Shown: positions 26,501 through 37,817 of the stretch, one piece after another
Numbering within the stretch: position 1 is the stretch's first letter
How the letters are laid out: every line of letters begins with the position of its first letter
Assembly: GCF_964204645.1 (NCBI RefSeq)
Contig: NC_134031.1
Location: 16,665,807 to 16,729,806 of the forward strand
Reading direction: 5' to 3'
Length of the DNA stretch: 64,000 nt
Source of the DNA: Tubulanus polymorphus
Lineage: Eukaryota > Animalia > Nemertea
Position numbers and translations under genes: made by a program
Notes under the pieces: model-generated
Database searches by the model: none
What the model was told of the DNA's origin: nothing
The model's input: only the letters and a program-made list of their open reading frames with translations

Positions 26501-29500
26501 ACTCCGTTAAGAGTTAACTCCCGAGGGTATATAATTAGCTCGTTTTCAAAGAGTTTACTTAACTCACAACTGTGTGGAACCGGCCCCAACACAAAACAGG
26601 TCGAGTAGTTATTTAATGTTAAGGAAGTACATACATGTCTTGTGTAACCAGTCCATGAAACGCCCATAGTTGACTGAACCGGTTGGTCAGCTTTAGGCGG
26701 CATCGGTTGGTAGAACAATAGTTCCATGAAATATTTTCGTTGTCTCGACGTATCGGGAAATATTGGAGAACCCGGCGTCTGCCGAGATGCCGGCAGCTCC
26801 ACGTAGGTTTTACTGGTTTTTGCACTGCTACTCGCTACTTCTTCCTGAATGAGCAATACATAAACTGATCAGCGAAATCCTTGAAATATGTGCCTTTGAA
26901 ATTTAGATATTCCCCATTATTCAAATACTTCAGATAAGACTACTGGTACCTGATATCTCTAATTGTAGCAATTTTCAAGAAAATTAGAGTTATCTGATGC
27001 CAAAAATGGTAGTTTACTTGAAAATGAATGAGTAATTATTCTGATTTTGAGAGCATTTTGACATTAGTTAGAATGGCTGAGCTTGTTTTAGCAACTGCTC
27101 TCGAATATAGTAGTCAAAGTCAGGTCTGATGCTTCCAAGAGCGAAATATTTCGCAGGATTTCAAATCGAGCGAATCATACTGACCTTATTAGCCTCAGAG
27201 GCGTCAGTGCTGATATATAGTCGACCACGACCCATACGAATACCCATATAGACCTGGAGAAACGCCCCTTCAGCGCTCGGAGCGTCCATCGGATGAATAA
27301 ACCCTTTATAAACCAGCAGAATATTCTTATCCATCTCTTCAGCGATCTTCGGATGCGTCGTATATTCACTTTTCGTTTCGCGGATGATCGAAACCTAAAT
27401 AAAACCAACCGCAAACGTAATAACAAGTTCGGTGGCGCTCGTCCGTCCGTTCTAATTTTAGGCAAGTACTTCGAATTGACCCAATTTAGAATGGACCAAA
27501 TCAATGAACATTTTTAAATCTGCTGTTATCACTGGTCCAGCTAGACGCATCACTGTGATTGACAGGAAATTTCAAACGGACCTGGATCGGTCTTTTTGGT
27601 CGGTTCAAATTGATTCGTTCTAAAATGAAACAGACTTTTTAGCTAGCGCGAACGCTCGGTCTGTTCTTAATCAAAACTGACTAAATTCTCAACGGACGTT
27701 CTAGATAATGTAGCGCGACCTATAGCGTAGTCAAGCGAAACTTAACAAAATCTAAAATGCCAAGTCTCAGGTTTTACCTCATCCGGATAATCGAGGTTAA
27801 TCGGCGGGCGATGTTTAATCCACAGTAGACCGGCAGGAGGTCCTACTTTACGACATTGTTCTTGCTCCATCACTCGCGGACTCGGTTTACCCCACCAACT
27901 CGGTATATTCGACTTTCCACTAAACGACTCGGTCATATTACAAGCTCCGCCGCAGGTCGGTTCTGTAATTTGTCAAAAATACACGTCTACTTGTTTGGGT
28001 TTTATAAATAAACTTCATATAATCATTCAGGGGTCCAGTTCCACAGTTCTGAGTTAAGATTTACCGTAACTCTTTTGAGTTAACTCATTGAAAATGAACT
28101 AACTTTGGTCAACTCTTAACTCGCAACTGATGAACTGGGTCCAGAGCACTAACTGCCTACAGTGAAAACCTTTGGTTCCGGGCAATACGTTTGCTATGGA
28201 AAGGCATTTGTTATGGAGAGGTATTTGCTTTTGAGAGGTTAGAACTTGTGGCATCACACCACCTCGTTACTCAAGCCATTTATTTCCTATTTGCTACCAC
28301 ATACATCGACTGTTCACCGAAAGGTTTTCATTGTAGAGAGGCTGTTTTACTTAGAAATGATCAAGAATATTTTGGTTCCAAAGAAAACGTGTTCGTTATG
28401 GTTGGCGTTCATTATGGGAGATTTCAATGCATATTTTTTTACTGATTTACCGTGACACGGGCGACATACGGCTTCCATCACACACCAAGCACACTTCTGA
28501 CCGTAGTAAACGCCTGATAACGAATCAGGGTAGATCTTCGGACCCTGACCCTGAACGGTGCATGCTGTACACGTCATCAATGAGGCACATATTCCCGGAC
28601 ACGATGATTTCTTCGGTTTACTATCCAGACATTCCTAAACGATAAATTACAAATTGTTTCTTCAAGTGATATAGATATAACAGATATAGACGTATCGTTA
28701 CAATGTTTTTTCCACATGACACAAATAAATGATTTTGAAGACAGGGTCTCAACAAATCAATCATTCCTGGATATGACGCGTTTTTAAGGAGTTTTTAGAG
28801 GAGAAAATTTCAAATTTCGCTTTCATATCCGAATTATTGTAGACTCATCTTTAATCGGTACTATTCATCTCGGTTAACCATTAATTCGGTGGTTTTGTAA
28901 GCTAATTCCTATCCCTTCAGATTAGGAAACTACCACCAACATATCCTGGTCCTTATTGTACCAATTTAGACTATAGACTATCTGTAATTTCTAATTGCCT
29001 ATTTCTCAAAAAGAGTTTAAAGGGGTTTCTGGCATTTAACTCAAAGGAGTTTCAAGCACCTTTAAAAGCATTTTCCGTAAGAAGGAGTTTTTAAGGAATC
29101 AAGGAGTCGTAGGGACCCTGCTCGAAGATACGATATCTTTTGTTGTTATGCACGACCAAGTCAGCAGCACGGGTTGCTAAACAAACTTTGACGTCACAAG
29201 CTCAACCTCTATAACGCTAAAAACACTGATTATGAATCAGGTCGGCACTTACATTGATTCGTGTATGGTGTAAGCACCCGGACCGGTCGGGCTCGCGTTT
29301 ATCCAACTTCCTGATTTTATCGCACCACATGCATTCCGGATCGTTCAAACACACTCCCGCATAATACTGACTGCATTGGTTAACCGGTTCACCGACTCTG
29401 ATGTCATTCTGAATGAAAAACGTATGTCATTCACAAACGGCAAGTTCATTGAAGATTCCTTAAAGACATTTATTTTCTATATGGAACATATAGTTTATTA

Positions 29501-32500
29501 TTATTTTTTGTTCAAGGAAGTTCAGGGGCGGGACATTATCTAGTCTCTCATTGGTTTGGTAGGTCTAATCTATAAGGCTCACATAGGCGTGGTTGTGAAC
29601 CGTTATGGAGGATAATTTGAGAAAGGCTATTTTATCAGTTTTTAAAGATATTGTGTCATTAAAATGAAACTTTTCTCTTTTTTACCTGATGTAGAGCTAT
29701 AGACGGAGGAACGGTAAACGACACTAGATCGCCAAAAACGTTCCCCCGATATCCGCCGGTTATCAACAATGTATTGCCGTAAGCAACGACTGCCGAATGA
29801 CCGAACCGTCCGCCGTCGGGCTTCGATCCATAGGCTGAAAATGGTATGAAATAGATAAGTAGCAATATAATAAAAGAACTTGAAATTAGTTTATCTTTGT
29901 AGATAATCCGAATAAAGTTAAAATCTAAATGTTGAAAATACACTATTTCCCGTCCTAGCTTAAACAGGATACTAGGACAATTGCCCCCTGAATAGAATCC
30001 TTTTTAATCTGAAATAAAACCACCAAAATACCAAGATGGGGCAAATATACCAACTCCCTATGTTACAGACAACTACGTATAAGATCGATTAAGATCCATT
30101 TATTCGGAGTTTTCTATGAAATTGTTGAACGCTTTTTCAACGCTTAAAATCGAAATTCATTTGGATTAACACGTACAAAATAGTAGCACACGTAACAATG
30201 AAAGCTATAACTCTAAATACCTGTGAAATTCATCTGTAAGTAGGTTATGTCGACCCATTTGTGACAGCCGAGATGGTACAGGTAGATACCGTTATCATAG
30301 CAGATCTCTTCATTACTGTGTATGTGGCAATTACCGCCGTAGATGACCATGTAATTTCCCATTACGTTCGCCGAGTGGAAAGTGCGAACTTTCGGCTCCA
30401 CCCCTTTCATATCGTATCGAATTTCCGACCAGTAATTGAAGTCGACGTGGTACGAATAAATCGATTTCACGCGTTTGCTGAAACGCGAATAGTTCGGCGT
30501 CAATCCGCCGAAAACGACGATCGAACGCGACTCGCGATGAAACACGGCCGAGTGCCCGATCAAATTACGCCCGGAGCTCTTGCGACCTTTCGGCACGATG
30601 TAATCCCAATGCCTGGCGTCGGGAACGCGAATGCGATACATCTCGGCCGAGAACGAACCGTTTTGCAAACGCCCGCCGTAAACGTACAGCCACATGTTGT
30701 CGACGAACGTCATCGTGTGTCCGCCAACTCCGAGCGGTTGGATGAAACTCGACGTCGCCAGCCGTTTCCAAACGTAGATCATCGTATCGAACACCCAAAG
30801 CTCGTTCGTGTGACGTCCGTCTGCTAGGACGCCGCCGTACATATAGAATACCGTACCGAAACCGACGATCGTGTGCTCGTGTCGTGCCGTCGGCCAGAGC
30901 GACCGCGACGCGTTCACGCTGCCCCATACGTTCCGCTCGAAATCGAAATACTGCAAATCGTTGTGGTACGAATTCAAATCGTAACCGCCGAAGATCCACA
31001 AAATGTTCGTGCTCTCGATGAAAGCGCTCGCGTGGCCCGTGCGCGGTTTCATCCCTAGTCCGTCGGGGTACAGCGTATTCCAGGCGTTCGCGTGACGATC
31101 CTTACCGAACAACGACAATCCGCAATCGATTCCGGCGTAGCCGCGCTCGCAGACGCATGCCTCTTCGATGAAGCTGTACTTGCCGAAATGATTGTGGCAA
31201 TCGATGTTGCGTTTGAATTGACACGATTCCCCGAAATAACCGGCGTGACAATCGCATCGGTGTTTCTTGCACTCCCCGCGTCCGCTACAGTCTAACGGAC
31301 AGTCGGTGACCTTGAACATCGCCTGGAATCCGTTGAGCATGTAGTTACGATCGCTGTAGAAGAAAATCAACATCTGAAAAGAAAACATCATAAGTAACAT
31401 TAGTAATTCAATTAGTTAGTTTAAATTCAGTTTTCAAAATTTCTTTATTCGTTCTTTGTTCTTAATGCGATATCATCCGCATCTTGTTTACATCCTTTAC
31501 TCTTGACATACCATTTTATTATCATCACTATTGAATTTTCATTGTAGTTTTCATGGTAAACTTTGTGCAAACTTTAGTATAATGAAAATAAATATCATAA
31601 AAAATTGAGAACTGTGACCGTGTTCTATAGATGTGAATTAACAGGGTTTAGATTAGTTCATTTTCCATATTATTCTGACTTCACAGTCAAATTCAACCCA
31701 GAACAGTTGAGAACCAGGTTCTATACACTGGCGGATATGAATTCAAGAACAATTCTTTCCATTTTCTATCACCACACAGGAATATATGCTCATTTTTGGA
31801 CAGAAAAGGTGTTGTATTTGAGATTCAAGAAAAACTGTCTCCAGTGATCAACAACTGGGGGGTGGGGGACCATTGTTGAAACACTCTTTACATGCTGTAA
31901 CCACAATGTAAAATCCGACAATATGAAAACTTTAGTATTCCTGAAGATGATTATTGTTGAGATGTTAAACTAGGCCGTCTAGCTCGAGGAAACCTTTCTG
32001 ACTCAATTATTTTCATTGTGGGATTTATGTTGTACCCGGTGCAAAACAGCAGTCGGAAAAAGCAACCAACCATGAAAATAACATGATTTTATTGGCACTT
32101 ACGTAGCCTGAAGATGCGGATAGCGTGTCCGGTTGGCGATTTCCACTGAATGTCCCCAATAAGCGACTTTTATACGAGTTACCGTCATAAACGAACAGGA
32201 AATCAAACGAACATTCCGTGCTGAAACTCGTGAATTCCAAAGTGATAAACTGGTCCTTGAAAGGTGCTGGAAACGAAATAAATATATGATAAATGCTTAA
32301 TCTAATGAAATGCTGCACGTGAAACTAATCCATAATTTGGGGCGGGCCAGTTGCTCAAATCGCTAGATAGTCCGTTTTAATTTGGTCACATTTCTAGATC
32401 CGCTGTTATCACTGGTCCAGCTAGAACACTGATTGACAGACAATGAAAGCTAAGTTACTTTTCATATAGGCCTACGGGTAGCCTACGCTCATTCGGTTTA

Positions 32501-32985
32501 AATTGGTCTGCTTTGAAATAGAGTGGACCGTTTTAATTTGGTCACATTTCTAAATCCGCTGTTATCACTGGTCCAGCTAGAACACTCATCGACAGACAAT
32601 CGAAGCTAAGTTTCTTTTCATATACTTTCATTTGGTTTAAATTTGTCTGCTTTGAAATAGAGTGGACCTATTAACAATGGACTTTTCATTAAATGTGAAT
32701 ACCTGGGGTCATTCTAAATTGGACTAAATTTAGAATATTCTGAACAACATAGCGTAGTGACAATCAAATCGCACAATATTTAATGAAATGGCAAATTTTA
32801 ATTTCATTCGCTTCAGGCTTCAACCTACCTTCAATTAACCATTCACAATGAGAAGATTCCGGATATTTATTCGGTCCATCGCTGATGATGCCCTCGGTAG
32901 AACCCTTGATGACCGTTCTTCCATTGCAACCAAACGCTACGACTGGCAACAATGAAACCAACAGAAACTGCTGTAATCGATGCAT
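11583..32985 (-). CDS. MEGF8: Multiple epidermal growth factor-like domains protein 8
   Basis: About 33 GT-AG coding exons from ATG 32985 (signal peptide MHRLQQFLLVSLLPVVAFG) to the stop at 11583. Exon examples: 32829-32985, 32103-32267, 30221-31354, 29686-29834, 25673-25920, 23946-24150, 23364-23590, 20432-20719, 16737-16960, 13076-13294, 11583-12595. Domain order is CUB, EGF, Kelch repeats (RFGHSAV, RYFHAA), PSI, cbEGF, laminin-EGF, a second CUB/Kelch/PSI set, then TM FFRQDQPHIDLFVFFSVFFSCFFLFL. The cytoplasmic MASRPFA motif is at 11949-11969. Confidence 0.96.
12721..12941. mobile_element. hAT-like MITE
   Basis: TIRs CAGGGCTGCCAAC / GTTGGCAGCTTTG, with CATATA on both flanks. Confidence 0.65.
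14713..14993 (+). mobile_element. tRNA-derived SINE
   Basis: A box TGGGCGAGTGG and B box GAGTTCGAATCCC, then GTGTCCTCGGGCAAGACACTT...CTCTCTCCACCCAGGAGTAAATGGGTACC, a conserved central-domain-type motif of metazoan SINEs. A decayed copy lies at ~15690-15880. Confidence 0.75.
15688..15878 (+). mobile_element. degenerate copy of the same SINE family
   Basis: GGGTTCAAAACC B-box-like motif. CCTCTACCCAGGA and GGATGTTACATCTCCC match the 14713 copy. Confidence 0.5.
16405..16567. ncRNA. two back-to-back degenerate Penelope-type hammerhead ribozyme motifs
   Basis: Minus strand 16405-16445: CTGATGA-AGCT..AGTACT-GAAA. Plus strand 16530-16567: (A)TGAAGA-T-GACTAT-tagaat-ATAGTG-GAAA-CGTT-GAAT, the same family as 45521. 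Confidence 0.45.
18507..18722. repeat. degenerate (CT)n polypyrimidine tract
   Basis: About 215 bp, almost entirely C/T on the + strand, in a MEGF8 intron. Confidence 0.85.
19219..19369. mobile_element. hAT-like MITE
   Basis: TIRs CATGGTTCCCAC / GTGGGAACCGTG. A related copy starts at ~16993. Confidence 0.6.
23034..23285. mobile_element. hAT-like MITE (CAGGGTGGCCAC family)
   Basis: CAGAGTGGCTAC...TTCCCTGAC repeats...CCCTGATTTCCAGGTAAG. Aligns with 24205-24486. Confidence 0.7.
24205..24486. mobile_element. hAT-like MITE (CAGGGTGGCCAC family)
   Basis: CAGGGTGGTCAC...GTGGCCTCCCCG. Shares AAGACATAGACGGAA and GATCTGCTAAGAA with the 23034 and 61983 copies. Confidence 0.7.
25004..25141. mobile_element. 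PIF/Harbinger-type MITE (family A)
   Basis: GGGCCGGTTGCATTGTCATG...CATGACTGTGCAACTGTCCC, closely similar to the 9283 copy. Confidence 0.75.
26188..26301. mobile_element. PIF/Harbinger-type MITE (family B)
   Basis: GGTCCAGTTTCACAG...CTGTGGAACTGGGTC with a CAG TSD. Another relative lies at 26474-26587. Confidence 0.75.
27437..27731. repeat. dispersed repeat, probable MITE, shared with 32343-32760
   Basis: Shared CTGTTATCACTGGTCCAGCTAGA...GATTGACAG core and ATAGCGTAGT end. Confidence 0.55.
28031..28141. mobile_element. PIF/Harbinger-type MITE (family B)
   Basis: GGGTCCAGTTCCACAGTT...GAACTGGGTC with a CAG TSD. Confidence 0.75.
28742..29120. mobile_element. hAT-like MITE
   Basis: CAGGGTCTC...GGGACCCTG ends, AAGGAGTTTT subterminal repeats, and a degenerate 8-bp TSD (TTTGAAGA/CTCGAAGA). 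Confidence 0.6.
32343..32760. repeat. dispersed repeat with an internal ~150-bp tandem duplication
   Basis: CCGTTTTAATTTGGTCACATTTCTA..TCTGCTTTGAAATAGAGTGGACC occurs twice (~32371-32529 and ~32528-32668). Confidence 0.65.
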
Positions 32986-34050
32986 ATCTATTTTGCAAAG
33001 ATAGCTTCACAACAGGTGAAACCTATTTCGCATCTATGAACATATCTGAAAAAAATGATAAATCATTCGATATTTTGTTCATCATTCAAAGGCAGTGCCT
33101 CATCGATTAAAAGACATTACAACTAAATATAATTTCTGAAAATCAAATGGTTTCGCAAGTTCGCTTCAATGCAATTGAAATACTTTGATAAATTCCTCCA
33201 GTTTTAATGAGTTTTGGTCGAAGTTTGAAGATGGGCTAAATCTTCACTGAAAACCATGTACCCAGTGGGAATGGTATATCGCTATGTTGCTGCAGGCCCA
33301 GTACAAGGTGCGGGTGATCCATTGAATGGATAGGACCAACCACTTTGTTTTGGTCTTTAAGAACTCAACTGGGCTGGGTGAAGACATCATGGCCTTCTGG
33401 TTTCGTATACATAATGCAGATTGATGAATTGTAAGAATCATATTGTAGAACTTAGTATTCAGGACCAAAAGAAAGCAAAGAAATAGAGGCCTTCGAATCT
33501 TCTTCAATTTCAAGCAATTTTTCATTTTCTTCAAAATCAAACCAAAAAAGTCGATCAATTGAATTAATAATTGAGAGATTGATGGAGACATTTTCAGATT
33601 TACCATGTCGTCGTCGATACTGCAATTCAAGGAGTCAGTCAGTTTAAATTCGACGTCGATAAGCGTCGGGTTAAATTCGCTTTTCTTCTTCGTTTCATTC
33701 CTGTCTCACAAAAAAATTGGAAAATGGATAAAATGTCAAAGAGAATCTCAATACAGAAGACAACAGTCCATCGAAGGTTTAGAGCCGTGTCGCATCATCG
33801 GTCGTACTATATACCGCCGGGTGGCCGATCTTTAGCATATCTGGTTTAAAAATTATCCGGAAGATGTCAGTACCGTCCGTGCTATTCAAATCTTTTTTCG
33901 CATCTTATAGAGTTTTATAACGACCCATTTACATGCTTACTCCTATGTTAGTGTAATGAAATAATTGTGCATATCAACAGAAATAATAGATCTATTATTC
34001 CGATATAGTATAGATTCATATTTGGTTTTGAATGCATTGCCGATATCTGC

Positions 34051-34123
34051 GGCTCTGTGGCTAAGCGGTTAAAGCGCCTGTCTAGTAAACAGGAGATCCT
34101 GGGTTCAAATCCCAGCAGGGCCT
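34051..34123 (+). tRNA. tRNA-Thr (anticodon AGT)
   Basis: Full cloverleaf: acceptor GGCTCTG/CAGGGCC, anticodon arm CCTGT-CT AGT AA-ACAGG, T arm CTGGG-TTCAAAT-CCCAG. A TTTT Pol III terminator follows. Confidence 0.96.
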
Positions 34124-34873
34124 ATTTTACTGAGGGCTGATTTTAACGCTTTTTGACAAAGCATCTCAGCAGACACATTTACCAAGATTGATACGCATTG
34201 TGCCTATCTATATCATGAAATGAAAATGAAAATATTATGGAATAGAAATTTACCAACCAGCTCACCACCTGTTGGTTGGGATTATTCTGAGGATGACATT
34301 TCGATTATTGTTCGGCTTAGATCGATGGTATCGTATTCATTCATATTTCGAACTTCTCCCTTTGATATCAATAACGCCCCCATATGTTAAAATCCTGTTA
34401 GTATCACAACAGCAACAACGCAAACACCGTACTTTCAGCCGTTATATACGTAGGTAACCAACAGAAATTTAGTGTTAAGTTAGAAAGAACATCAAGATGA
34501 GTGATGTTTCAAAAAATTGATACAAATGAAAAATGTGTGATCCCTGCTTTCGGCAACAGGGTCGGCCTTCTTTTCAGTATCAGATCTGATGACAATCAAA
34601 GACATGTCCGGTGAGCAACTTGTCGTCGAATATTTGATTCCTTTATGAATCATACACGGGAACGCGTGACTAGTCACATTCTCTCAGCCTGTCTCTCTCC
34701 CTGACCCTTCTGGTAGTGAAAGGTATTAGCAGTGGACACGTCATTAGTCAGTTTAGTCACTGAATTATTAAGATGTCAGAAAATAAGAATTCGAATAAAA
34801 CACTCTAATCCGTGTTAACTGTAGACGAATGAAGTCCCTCAATGGAATTGTATACGTAAGAAATTACTAAAAT

Positions 34874-34918
34874 GAAACTCGTTTTTCGGCTGTTGACTAT
34901 ATCAGCCATCATCAGGTG
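34874..34918 (-). ncRNA. hammerhead-ribozyme-like motif (Penelope-like relic)
   Basis: Minus strand: CTGATGA-T-GGCTG-atatagtcaa-CAGCC-GAA-AAAC-GA-GTTT-C. Core, stem II and stem III are intact; stem I pairing is not evident. Confidence 0.5.
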
Positions 34919-35631
34919 GAATGACCAGAAACAGATACTGTCAAAGCATACTCGATCATAGGACGATACGTAAGTGATGTGTCAGAATGAACAAAACTAG
35001 CAATAACGTCAGAGTACGGCCTGAAAAATTTTTTCAGAACTTTAGAATGAATCTGTCAGTTTTGTGAATGACCTTCGTTCACAGAAAGTCATTTCGAGAA
35101 GTGCGAATACGAATGTGCAATTGTTCAGGTTTTTTCCTATCATAAAAAACCGCCAGGAGCATAGAAATATATAGATTCTGTGTATCATAATTTCGGAGTG
35201 TCTTTTTTGCTCTGATAACGTGACCGACATATTTGATTTAGGCGACACCGACATCGAAATTGACTCCAATGTCACAGCTGGTTCCTGCCAACTGGCAATA
35301 TTCCAGATCAATCGTGAAGGTATCCGCATGTGACTGCTTCGTGCAAGATTTTACTGAACCGATTAAATGTAAACAAACTTTATGTGCTACTAAAAATAGA
35401 AGAAAGTTCCCATTTCAAAATCGTTTACGTCCTGTTCATATATTTATTTTTTGACGCTATATGGAATTTTTTTCGTCTGGATATGGATAACGTATTACAG
35501 TTACGAATACCAACAATACGATTTACAGTCAAACTCGATTAAGCCGTCATTACATCTTTTGAGTCCGAATTTGTATTCCTAATTCAATTTACTAAGACGT
35601 GTAAATCGATATAAAGTCAACAAAATGCGCC

Positions 35632-36079
35632 GACTATGAATTTACCCTTATAGGAGTTTTTTGGGACAACAACGCGTCATGACGACTAATGAATTTACCC
35701 TTAAGCCCAACGCACACGGCAAAACATTTGTTTCGCCGAAACAGATAACACGTTTTTCAGAAATCGTTTTTTGCTCGTGAAAAGCGTTCTTCAGGTCGGC
35801 TTTTTTGTTTTGCCTCCCCGCAAACGGCATAACAAAAAACATCGAAAACGTTTTTTCTCGAGGAAAAAACGTTTTTTTTTCGGTGCCGTGTGCGTCGGGC
35901 TTAATAGGAGTTTTTTGGGCAACAACGTGTCTTGACATTGTGAACGGTAACCCCCAACAGAGTGTCGTTTGGTGGTTTCTACCACCGGACGGCTTTCCGT
36001 GTGTAGAATATAGTCACGAATTGAACACGCTGACGTCAATCAATTCGTATCAGAGTCCGTTAGTTATATCACTTCCCTG
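35632..36079. mobile_element. orphan terminus of a DNA transposon related to the 43804-46024 element
   Basis: The end reads CAGGGAAGTG-ATATAACTA-ACGGACTCT on the - strand, versus TIR CAGGGAAGTG-TGATGAGATGGAAT-ACGGACGCT. Subterminal direct repeats: GAATTTACCCTTA twice and ATAGGAGTTTTTTGGG..CAACAACG twice. Confidence 0.5.
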
Positions 36080-37015
36080 GTTATATTGAGGGAAAAGTCC
36101 ACTCACTAGGGCACATGGCACACCACACCAGCTGACACCGCAAACACAGATGCGAAATATAGCTGTGTTCTGAACCAGATCATATAAAAATCCCAATACA
36201 AGAAGACATCGATCAGATTTACGCATTTACAATATGCGCGCGGACTGGTAGAATGAATAAATCCTAACCATTTTCAATAACCAACACATTCGATTGTTCT
36301 AATTTTATAGTACTTAAAATGCACATATGTCATTTGTTTAGTATACAATATGTACCCTACTTGAGTACACTTTTTACTATACGTACATTCAAATCAACAA
36401 GATTATCCATTTTGTAAAAAATACATAATCTTTTTTTATGTATTTTTGATTTTGTCGACTATTTTTCACTGCAGTTCGTTAAGTATGCTAAGTACAAAAA
36501 TTTCCCATGATACCGAACTTGTCTCATACATAACATTTGTGTTTTATCAGTAAACATGGTCATTAATATGACTGTCATAGATATGTACGCAATAACCATC
36601 GATAATAGAGAGAAGTGTGAACTAAAATCTGCATTTTATTGTTTACCCGATTATAACGCTTCCTAAAGACAACAGATATCGAATATACGGTATACGCGCG
36701 TTCTATATAGTCGATACACATTCCAAGATTATCGAATTGGGTTTGAATTTATGTTTGCTCAATTAACGTTTGTCAGGCTTCTTAGAATAAATGGAAAGTT
36801 GTGTCATCTTATTCTTATAACTAAAGACAATGGGAAGATTTGAATTACAAATTTAGATACTATTTTCTTATCGTCACATAGAAAGGATCTTTTTTGATAA
36901 TATTCAGAAAAGAAGATCGGTCTTCAATTTTATTTTCCATCAGAAAAAAAATCCGTCAAATCAAATATAATTCAAAATATATACCAGATGACCACGAAGA
37001 AACTCACACATTGCC

Positions 37016-37148
37016 TATTTAAGTGCTTTGTACCCGATTGTCCTCATTGACGCGTTTTAAAGTCTCGATCTCGGCGCGTTTTGTACTCCAAAAGCGGAGT
37101 CCAGGGAGTCCACAGTTCGGACACGATAAGTCACACAAGCACCTGCAG
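37016..37148 (+). promoter_or_regulatory. candidate TATA/Inr promoter and non-coding first exon of the profilin-like gene
   Basis: TATTTAA at 37016 and TCATT Inr at 37044-37048 (A at +30 from the TATA start). Donor CAG|GTAAAG at 37149. Confidence 0.4.
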
Positions 37149-37571
37149 GTAAAGCTAATGCGGGAGATGGTAACGTGATAATGCCTGGATGCTCTAGCTT
37201 TCGTTTTGAAAGACTATAAATTACTGTATATTATGTAGTTGTTGCCATATTGTATAATAATGACATTTTTTGTATATACTTCCTGTTGTTTTGTTTCTAC
37301 GGCCGGCTGCGCAAATAACTCATTCAAGGATGTTTACCTCCACCAGTAAAACATAAACAATAATTCATTTCGGCCTAGTTTTTTACCGCACTAACGCTTA
37401 TAAACCATTCGTTTCTAGTCCAAATGTTACAATGTACCAATTATATACAAATTCCATCATGATATGATCTTTTATTGTTCACGGCGTGTTGAAAATGATA
37501 CCGAAGGCATTAGTATGGAGATGCGTGGTTTGAACTTGAACAAGAGGTCGTGGTTCGGTACCGATGATGAT

Positions 37572-37817
37572 GGTTAATGAGAAGAACGAAGCCCACTATG
37601 TACAAATTTTGAAATCGAGAATTTAACAGGGGTATATATACAAAGGAGAACAGGTTAATTATACCCCTGTGTTTAGTCAATATCCCACACCTGCCGATGA
37701 TCTCTAGGGTGAGATCGAAACGTCGTGAATTTTATATGTTAGATTGTTTGAATAAATGAATTCTCGATTTTAAAATTCTTTTAATTTGTACATAGTGGGT
37801 TTCTATCTTATTATCCG
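37572..37817 (+). mobile_element. Penelope-like inverted pLTR relic containing a hammerhead motif
   Basis: Inverted arms CCCACTATGTACAAATT..AAATCGAGAATT / AATTCTCGATTT..AATTTGTACATAGTGGG surround CAC-CTGCCGA-T-GATCTC-tagggt-GAGATC-GAAA-CGTC-GTG (37688-37727). Confidence 0.6.
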
